This document shows positions 1 through 5,958 of a stretch of 14,625 bases of DNA, in pieces. Source of the DNA: Candidatus Eiseniibacteriota bacterium (GTDB lineage Bacteria > Eisenbacteria > RBG-16-71-46 > SZUA-252). The stretch is taken from the NCBI GenBank assembly GCA_031370645.1, contig JANMQV010000024.1, positions 1 through 14,625 on the forward strand. Direction: 5' to 3'. Numbering within the stretch: the first letter of the stretch is position 1; each line of letters starts with the position of its first letter. Below the pieces are notes generated by a model that was not told where the DNA came from, made no database searches, and saw only the letters and a list, made by a program, of their open reading frames with translations. The position numbers and the translations under genes are program-made.

Positions 1-852
1 GAGGGGAGCAAGGTCTTCGACGTCGTCGTGACCCTGGATCCGGAGGATCGGAGGGAGCCCGAAGAGATCGGAGCATTCCTCCTACGAAACGCAGAGGGGA
101 CGAGAGTCCCCCTGCGCGAGCTGGCGGATGTCGAGCTGACGACCGGCCGCTACTCAGTGCTGCACGAAGGAGCACGGCCGGTCCAGGCGGTCACCTGCAA
201 CGTCGGCGGGAGGGATCTTGCCTCCTTCGTATCGGAGGCGGAGCGGGTAGTGAACCGTCGGGTGGTCTTCCCGGCCGGGGTGTATGCCGTGTTCAAGGGC
301 GCAGCCGAAGCCAAGGCCCAGGCCCAACGCGATCTGCTCCTCAATTCCGCGATTGCGGGAGTGGGGATCGTGCTCCTCCTCTGGCTCGTATTCCAGAGCC
401 CCAGAAGCGTACTTCTCGTGCTCGTGAATCTCCCCTTCGCGCTCGTCGGTGGGATCCTGGCCGTGGCTCTCTCCGGCGGGTCGCTCTCCCTCGGGTCCCT
501 TGTTGGCTTCGTCACCCTGTTCGGCATCACCATGCGGAATTCCATGATGCTCATCTCGCACTACGAGCATCTCGTGGCGGTGGAGGGCATGGCCTGGGGT
601 CCCGAGGCCGCGCTCCGTGGCGCATCCGAGCGGCTCGTCCCCGTGCTCATGACCGCGCTGGTCACAGCCCTCGGGCTTCTCCCGCTCGCGCTCGGGGCCG
701 GCACTCCGGGCCGCGAAATCGAAGGACCGATGGCCATCGTGATCTTGGGCGGGCTGCTCACCTCAACAGCTCTGAACCTGCTCGTTCTACCTTCGTTGGC
801 GCTGCGCTACGCGCGCTTCGACCGCGCCGCGGGCGGGGCGCGGCTCGAATGA
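1..852 (+). CDS. CusA/CzcA-family RND efflux permease, C-terminal part (5' truncated by window)
   Basis: The frame is open from base 1 (EGSKVFDVVVTLDPE...). It carries typical RND C-terminal motifs: VPLRELADV, NLPFALVGG, SLGSLVGFVTLFGITMRNSMMLISHY, ERLVPVLMTALVTALGLLPLA and PMAIVILGGLLTST. Stop TGA is at 850-852. Confidence 0.93.
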   Translation, partial: EGSKVFDVVVTLDPEDRREPEEIGAFLLRNAEGTRVPLRELADVELTTGRYSVLHEGARPVQAVTCNVGGRDLASFVSEAERVVNRRVVFPAGVYAVFKGAAEAKAQAQRDLLLNSAIAGVGIVLLLWLVFQSPRSVLLVLVNLPFALVGGILAVALSGGSLSLGSLVGFVTLFGITMRNSMMLISHYEHLVAVEGMAWGPEAALRGASERLVPVLMTALVTALGLLPLALGAGTPGREIEGPMAIVILGGLLTSTALNLLVLPSLALRYARFDRAAGGARLE

Positions 853-923
853 AGTCGAACTCCAGCAAGCGTGGGGCGGCGGTCCAATAGACCGCTTGCT
901 TCATCCCACGGTACCGCGCGAGG

Positions 924-932
924 TGTTACGCT
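924..932 (+). promoter_or_regulatory. Possible extended -10 promoter (TGnTACGCT) for tRNA-Ser
   Basis: TG-T-TACGCT ends 10 nt before the mature tRNA 5' end. No well-spaced -35 is visible. Confidence 0.4.
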
Positions 933-942
933 CCAGAGAGGT

Positions 943-1030
943 GGAGGGGTGCGCGAGTGGCTTATGCGGGCGGTCTTGAAAACCGCTGTGCTGCAAGGCA
1001 CCGTGGGTTCGAATCCTACCCCCTCCGCCA
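943..1030 (+). tRNA. tRNA-Ser, anticodon TGA (class II, long variable arm, encoded CCA)
   Basis: Acceptor stem GGAGGGG/CCCCTCC is followed by G-CCA. D arm is CGC-GAGTGGCTTAT-GCG. Anticodon arm is GCGGT-CTTGAAA-ACCGC (TGA at 977-979). Variable arm is GTGCT-GCAA-GGCAC. T arm is GTGGG-TTCGAAT-CCTAC. Confidence 0.97.
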
Positions 1031-1031
1031 T
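1019..1031 (+). repeat. Direct repeat copy 1 (CCCCCTCCGCCAT), tRNA 3' end, attL-like
   Basis: The identical 13-mer occurs at 3062-3074. Confidence 0.6.
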
Positions 1032-1032
1032 A

Positions 1033-1067
1033 CCGCACTTCGGGTTACCCTGATCCGAATGATGCGG
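1033..1067 (+). terminator. Stem-loop directly after the tRNA (terminator or processing hairpin)
   Basis: CCGCA-C-TTCGGGT-(TACCCTG)-ATCCGAA-TGA-TGCGG pairs with one G-U and a bulge. There is no strong U-tract. Confidence 0.4.
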
Positions 1068-1320
1068 GAGTTCCTCGGACTTCTCGCGGCGCCAGATCGC
1101 TCTCCTCAAAACTCGTCCGGATCTGAACTGTCAGTTGTCGATCTTCTCGCGACGAGTTTCTGCGCTTGCCCGTGGATTGAAGAACCTGGCGAGACTTTGA
1201 ACTTCCTTCCTTCCCGGCTGAAGTTGGACCCTCGATCCGCCACCGCTCGCGGCGACAAGAAACGATGCTAGTGGAAGCGCCCAGAAGGCCCTATCGAGAG
1301 CCACGAGCCCCATCCCACGT

Positions 1321-1339
1321 ATGGCACTGTTCGTGCCAT
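1321..1339. promoter_or_regulatory. Palindrome ATGGCAC-N5-GTGCCAT, a sigma54-like -24/-12 pattern on both strands
   Basis: The + strand reads TGGCACTGTTCGTGC and the - strand reads TGGCACGAACAGTGC. Both have GG-N10-GC spacing, with GTGC in place of the consensus TTGC. Confidence 0.45.
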
Positions 1340-1504
1340 GACACAGGTACGCCACAGGTCGGCGGGTCCACCGATCCGGGGCAGACTCAGGTCAACTCCC
1401 CATTCCAGCCGCGGGGGTGCGGCGCCATTCACCTCGATAAGCTCACGACACCGTTGCCGACAGTACGGACGCGACGCACGACACACTCCATCGCGAGGTA
1501 GTCG

Positions 1505-2974
1505 ATGTCTAGATATCGGAGACTTGGAACTTCCGCAGTACTGGTTCTGGGACTGCTTCTCGCGAGCGGCGCGGCGCGAGCGCAGACGGTTGTGCGGCCA
1601 GGCTTCAATTTATTCACCGTCCCGCAGGACATCGAACTTGGGAAACAGTCCGCGGTTCAAGTTGATCGCCAGCTTCCAATGGTCTCCCGCCCAAGCGTGA
1701 ACCAGTACGTTGCGCGGCTGGGCGCGAAGCTGGCTCGCAATGCGCCCGGCGCCCCCTATCCATATCAGTTCAAGATCGTGAATCTTTCCGATATCAACGC
1801 CTTCGCGTTGCCGGGGGGATTTGTATACGTCCACCGGGGTCTCATCGAGCGGACGAGGACGGAAGGGGAACTCGCGGGAGTGATGGCCCATGAAATCGCT
1901 CACGTCGCCCTGAGGCACCAAACCAACCAAGTCTCGAAAGCTTACTTGGCGAAAGCCGGAGTCGGAATACTCGGCGGTCTTTTCGGCTCAAGGTCCAAGT
2001 CGACGACAGGCACGATCATGGGGGCCGTGGGCGGCGTCGGGTTGAACGCGCTATTCCTCCGAAATTCCCGCTCGGCCGAGGAACAAGCGGACATCGTGGG
2101 TGCCCAGATCATGGCGAAGTCGGGGTACGACCCGATGGAGATGGCGCGCTTCTTCGACGTTCTGCGACAAGAAGCGGGAGGGAATCCCGGCAAACTCGCT
2201 CAGTTCTTCAGCGACCACCCGGCGCCCGCGAACCGCGCGGCGCGCGTTCGCCGGGAAGCGAACCTTCTCGGCCCGGTGCGCGGCACGGCCCCAGCCGGCG
2301 ACATCGAGTTGGCGCGAACGGAGCTCCGGCGAATGCCCGCGGCCCCGACGATGGCGCAGGTCGCGAACGGCCAGACGCCGACGACGGCGAGCAGCACGAC
2401 CGAGGCATCGATCGAGCGTCCCTCCTCACAATTTCGTATCTTTCGCCAGCCGCAGGGATTTTTCGAGATCCGGTATCCCGACAACTGGAGCGCGTACGCC
2501 TCCTCGTCGGGACCCGGCGCCACGATCGCGCCGAGCGGCGGTCTCGTTCAGGACGCTAACGGCCGTCAGCGAGTCGTCACCGCGGTCATCGTGAGCCACT
2601 ACGTTCCATTCGAGGGGGAGATGGGTTCGCGCTATCGCGACCCGGAGGGCTCGCTATATGGAGGGAGCTCGCTGGAGGAGGCCACGAGCGACCTCGTCCG
2701 CCACATCATGAATGCCAATCAGTATCTGAGACCCGTTTCCGGTTCCGAGCGACGTGCCATGATTTCGGGCCAGAGTGCGCTCTCCGTCCAATTGTCCGGC
2801 TCGCCGGCGACCGGGGTCGAGGAGCGGGTTAAGGTGTTCACGCGCGAACTTCCGGATGGTCACGTGGTCTATGTTCTAGCGTTGGCGCCCGGCAGAGATT
2901 TCGGGGCCCTTCAATCCACGTTCGACGGCATGGTCGGGAGCCTCAAGGTGACCGAAACTGCTGGCCATGACTGA
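1505..2974 (+). CDS. Secreted M48-family zinc metallopeptidase with an extra C-terminal domain
   Basis: GAGGT RBS lies upstream. The signal peptide ends AARA|Q. Motifs are INAFALPGGFVYVHRGLI, ELAGVMAHEIAHV (HExxH), SRSAEEQAD and FFSDHP. A Thr/Ser linker precedes a ~180-aa domain starting near FEIRYPDNW. Confidence 0.92.
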   Translation: MSRYRRLGTSAVLVLGLLLASGAARAQTVVRPGFNLFTVPQDIELGKQSAVQVDRQLPMVSRPSVNQYVARLGAKLARNAPGAPYPYQFKIVNLSDINAFALPGGFVYVHRGLIERTRTEGELAGVMAHEIAHVALRHQTNQVSKAYLAKAGVGILGGLFGSRSKSTTGTIMGAVGGVGLNALFLRNSRSAEEQADIVGAQIMAKSGYDPMEMARFFDVLRQEAGGNPGKLAQFFSDHPAPANRAARVRREANLLGPVRGTAPAGDIELARTELRRMPAAPTMAQVANGQTPTTASSTTEASIERPSSQFRIFRQPQGFFEIRYPDNWSAYASSSGPGATIAPSGGLVQDANGRQRVVTAVIVSHYVPFEGEMGSRYRDPEGSLYGGSSLEEATSDLVRHIMNANQYLRPVSGSERRAMISGQSALSVQLSGSPATGVEERVKVFTRELPDGHVVYVLALAPGRDFGALQSTFDGMVGSLKVTETAGHD

Positions 2975-3009
2975 TGGCGCCGGAGTGGGACAAGAACAAG
3001 GTCTGAAAT

Positions 3010-3050
3010 GAGGGCCCGGCCAGCGTCACGTCGGGCTCCCTCGTACTTCT
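3010..3050 (+). terminator. Probable terminator hairpin of the M48 gene
   Basis: GAGG-GCCCGGC-(9 nt)-GTCGGGC-TC-CCTC is followed by GTACTTCT, a weak U-tract. Confidence 0.4.
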
Positions 3051-3061
3051 GAAATAGGGCT

Positions 3062-3074
3062 CCCCCTCCGCCAT
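3062..3074 (+). repeat. Direct repeat copy 2 of the tRNA-Ser 3' end (attR-like)
   Basis: CCCCCTCCGCCAT is identical to 1019-1031. CACTTCGGG also recurs downstream of both copies (1036-1044 and 3088-3096). Confidence 0.55.
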
Positions 3075-3120
3075 CTTCTCGGCCCCCCACTTCGGGGTGC
3101 TCCGATGGCCGGCTCCGTGT

Positions 3121-3152
3121 CGATTGCCCGCAATCGCCGCCTGCGGTACTCT
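3121..3152 (+). promoter_or_regulatory. Sigma70-like promoter TTGCCC-N17-TACTCT overlapped by the palindrome CGATTGC-CC-GCAATCG
   Basis: The -35 is at 3124-3129 and the -10 at 3147-3152, with a 17-nt spacer. A perfect 7-bp inverted repeat lies at 3121-3127/3130-3136. Confidence 0.55.
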
Positions 3153-3228
3153 TTCCCCTGATTGACTCGGCCCCCGAAGATTCGCTTCGGGGCGATGCCG
3201 TCCGGATTGCCCCGATGAGGGCCCCTCG

Positions 3229-4371
3229 ATGACCGAACCGAAACTCACTGCCCTCCGCGGCGAAATCGACCTCCTGAACGAGAAGCTCCTCGCCCTCGTT
3301 CAGAAGCGGGGCGAGATCGTCCTCGAAATTGCCGCGCTCAAGCGGTCGCTCGGAATCGACGATTTCGACGCCGGGCGCGAAGACGAAATGCTCCAGCGCC
3401 TCACGGCCGGCGTGACCGGACCCTTCAAGCCCGCAGAAATCCGGGAGATCTTCAAGACGATCTTCCGTGCTTCGCTCGACATCCAGGATCGCGATCGTCG
3501 TCAGGCTCTTCACGTCTTTCGCGAAGGGCTCGTCCCGGAATCCGGCATCCGAGTCGGCGACGTCGCGATCGGCCATGGGGCACCGGTCTTCTTCGTAGGC
3601 CCCTGCTCCGTTGAGTCGCCCGAGCAGATGGATGCGATCGCCGCGTACGTCGCCAAACTTCCAGGGAAGAAGATTCTCCGCGCCGGCGCGTTCAAGCCGC
3701 GGACGAATCCCTACTCCTTCCAGGGGCTCCGCGAAGAAGGGCTTCGCATCCTCCGATCGACCGCCGATCGGTACGGCCTGAGCGTCGTGACGGAGGTGCT
3801 CGACACCGCCACGCTCGACCTGGTCGCGGAGCACGCCGACATGCTGCAAATCGGCGCCCGCAATATGTTCAACACCGAGCTGCTGAAGGCGGTCGGACGC
3901 ATCAACAAGCCGGTCCTCCTCAAGCGCGCGTTCATGGCGACTCTCGAGGAACTTCTCCTTTGCGCGGAGTACATCCTTGCCGGGGGGAACGAACAGGTAG
4001 TCCTCTGCGAGCGGGGGATTCGAACGTTCGAGCGCTCGACGCGCTTCACGCTCGACATCTCCGCAGTGCCGTTGCTTCAGCAGCAGACTTCGCTTCCGGT
4101 GATCGTCGATTTGAGCCACGCGCTCGGGCGGAAGGACATCATGGCCCCCTGCGGGCGCGCCGCGCTCGCCGCCGGTGCCGACGGATTGATGATCGAAATC
4201 CACGATCGCCCGGACCAAGCGCTCTCCGACGGATTCCAGCAATTCAACTTGGCGGAGTTCGGCACCTTCTATGAATCGCTCCACGTCACCGCCGCCGACT
4301 CCGGCGACGCCCGAGAACCCGTGGAGCTCTCCGCACACACCGAACTCGGCGGCAGCCGAAGGAGCAGATAA
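3229..4371 (+). CDS. aroA: Bifunctional chorismate mutase (AroQ-type) / DAHP synthase class I-beta, Bacillus AroA(G)-like
   Basis: The N-terminal CM domain reads LRGEIDLLNEKLLALVQKRG...LK...DAGRE...GPF...IFKTIFRASLDIQ. DAHPS motifs are VGPCSVES, RAGAFKPRTNPYSFQGL, QIGARNM, CERGIRTFE, DLSH, IEIH and ALSDG. The symbol follows B. subtilis usage; this is not EPSP synthase. Confidence 0.95.
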   Translation: MTEPKLTALRGEIDLLNEKLLALVQKRGEIVLEIAALKRSLGIDDFDAGREDEMLQRLTAGVTGPFKPAEIREIFKTIFRASLDIQDRDRRQALHVFREGLVPESGIRVGDVAIGHGAPVFFVGPCSVESPEQMDAIAAYVAKLPGKKILRAGAFKPRTNPYSFQGLREEGLRILRSTADRYGLSVVTEVLDTATLDLVAEHADMLQIGARNMFNTELLKAVGRINKPVLLKRAFMATLEELLLCAEYILAGGNEQVVLCERGIRTFERSTRFTLDISAVPLLQQQTSLPVIVDLSHALGRKDIMAPCGRAALAAGADGLMIEIHDRPDQALSDGFQQFNLAEFGTFYESLHVTAADSGDAREPVELSAHTELGGSRRSR

Positions 4372-5105
4372 TGGCGGCGCGCGACGAGATCTTCGCGGAA
4401 TTGGCCGAACGCATCGCGGATTTCCACTTCGGCCATAAGGTCGCCGGCGTGTTCGACGACATGGTGGGACGATCGGTCCCGTTCTACCACGAGATCCAGC
4501 GGATGACTGGGGAACTCGTCGCGGATTTCGCGGCGGAGGGTACGGCAATCTACGACCTCGGCTGCTCGACGGGGACGACGTTCTTGCAGATCGCGCAGAG
4601 CGTCCCGGCCGAGCGAAACGTCCGCTACGTCGGAATCGATTCGTCGCCCGAGATGCTGGAACTCGCGAAAGAGAAGCTGTCGGGTCCCGGCTTCGGCCGT
4701 CCGTTCGAACTCCAATGCGCCGATCTGAATCAAGGCGTACGGATCGACAACGCCTCGGTCGTACTCATGGTGCTCACGCTTCAGTTCATCCGTCCGCTCT
4801 ATCGCCAGCGGCTGATCCGAAGCATCTGCGAGGGGTTGACCGACAACGGCGCACTCATTCTGGTGGAGAAGGTTCTGGGCGAGAACTCCACGTTCAACCG
4901 GCTCTTCATCGAGCACTACTACGAGATGAAGAAAGAGAACGGCTACAGCGAACTGGAAATCGCGCAGAAGCGCGAGGCGCTGGAAAACGTCCTGATCCCG
5001 TACCGCCTCGAGGAGAACAAGGAACTCCTGCACGAACAGGGCTTCCGGCACGTCGACGTCTTCTTCAAGTGGTACAACTTCTGCGCGATCATCGCGACCA
5101 AGTGA
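4371..5105 (+). CDS. cmoA: Carboxy-S-adenosyl-L-methionine synthase (CmoA family)
   Basis: The sequence is colinear with E. coli CmoA as recalled: RDEIF, DFHFGHKVAGVFDDMVGRSVPFY, IYDLGCSTG, TLQF and the signature NGYSELEIAQKREALENVL with the carboxylate-binding Arg. It has an AAGGAG RBS and a TAATG overlap with the upstream stop. Confidence 0.9.
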   Translation: MAARDEIFAELAERIADFHFGHKVAGVFDDMVGRSVPFYHEIQRMTGELVADFAAEGTAIYDLGCSTGTTFLQIAQSVPAERNVRYVGIDSSPEMLELAKEKLSGPGFGRPFELQCADLNQGVRIDNASVVLMVLTLQFIRPLYRQRLIRSICEGLTDNGALILVEKVLGENSTFNRLFIEHYYEMKKENGYSELEIAQKREALENVLIPYRLEENKELLHEQGFRHVDVFFKWYNFCAIIATK

Positions 5106-5905
5106 CGCCGAACGGAGCCGCGGAACCGACGCCAGTCGCCGAACCGGCCGCGCCCGCGAACCGGGCGCTCGTCCGGTTCGGCAACTTCCTCTTCAAGTGG
5201 CGAAACGAAGTCTTCCCGCTCACGTTTCTCGTCATCGCCGCCGCCTCCTACCCACGCGCTTCCTTCGGGACGGAACGTGGCGATCTCGTGGCGGATGTTG
5301 TCGGGATCGGTGTGGCGTTGGCGGGGCAGGCGCTCCGTGCCGCGGTCATCGGGCTCGCCTACATTCAGCGGGGAGGTAAGGCCAAGAAGATTCACGCCGA
5401 CGCTCTCGTGAAGGACGGACTCTTCGCGCATTCACGGAATCCGCTTTACCTGGGAAACATGCTCGTTTTTCTCGGGCTCTTCCTCGTGCTGAACTCGACC
5501 CTGGGCTACCTGGTCGGGGTTCCGTTCTTCTTCATCGCCTATTTGAGCCTTACGCTCGCCGAAGAGGAATTCCTGCGCAAACAATTCGGCGCGGAATACG
5601 AGGAGTACTTCCAGCGCGTGAACCGCTTCATCCCCGGGTTTCGAGGATTGGGAGCAACGATGCGGAGCATGTCGTTCAACTGGAAGCGGCTGATTCGCAA
5701 GGAATACGGCTCCACGTTCATCTGGATCACGGCCGCCATGGCGCTGGTGGTCTGGGAAGTTGCCGCCCGGCACGGATGGACGGCCGCCGGGCCGCGCGCA
5801 CGGATACTGGCGCCGATGTGGGCCATCGTGATCGCTGGATACGCGCTGGCGCGTTACCTCAAGAAGTCCGGCCGTCTTGTGGCGGCTTCGACACCCGCAC
5901 CGTAG
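5102..5905 (+). CDS. Integral-membrane ICMT/PEMT-family methyltransferase, similar to Leptospira lipid A phosphate methyltransferase LmtA
   Basis: A GTG start overlaps the cmoA stop (GTGA). Motifs are GNFLFKWR, LRAAVIG, ADALVKDGLFAHSRNPLYLGN, AEEEFLRKQFGAEYEEY..RVNRFIP and RLIRKEY. About six hydrophobic segments are present. The ORF-track extension from 4715 overlaps cmoA and is not credible. Confidence 0.85.
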   Translation: MTPNGAAEPTPVAEPAAPANRALVRFGNFLFKWRNEVFPLTFLVIAAASYPRASFGTERGDLVADVVGIGVALAGQALRAAVIGLAYIQRGGKAKKIHADALVKDGLFAHSRNPLYLGNMLVFLGLFLVLNSTLGYLVGVPFFFIAYLSLTLAEEEFLRKQFGAEYEEYFQRVNRFIPGFRGLGATMRSMSFNWKRLIRKEYGSTFIWITAAMALVVWEVAARHGWTAAGPRARILAPMWAIVIAGYALARYLKKSGRLVAASTPAP

Positions 5906-5958
5906 TCGTCTCCTTTGGTCCGCAACATGCCCTGCCTCCGTTCCCCGAATCGCGGCCC

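Noticed and set aside
901-926. TCATCC upstream of the tRNA as a fourth ECF promoter
   Set aside because: The sequence 15 nt downstream is GGTGT, not YCGTA, and CGGCT is absent.
943-1030. Possible selenocysteine or suppressor tRNA because of the TGA triplet
   Set aside because: TGA is the anticodon itself and reads UCA (Ser). The 7-bp acceptor stem, 5-bp T stem and G73 are ordinary tRNA-Ser features.
807-1271. ORFs 807..1109 (-), 871..1053 (+) and 957..1271 (+)
   Set aside because: They are translations through the tRNA gene. MAEGVGFEPT is the usual antisense-tRNA artefact.
2911-4548. 545-aa minus-strand ORF
   Set aside because: It is the antisense shadow of the CM/DAHPS and cmoA genes in GC-rich DNA, with no recognisable motifs.
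4715-5101. N-terminal 129-aa extension of the ICMT-like ORF
   Set aside because: It is an Arg/Pro-rich out-of-frame reading of cmoA. The GTGA overlap at 5102 gives a natural start.
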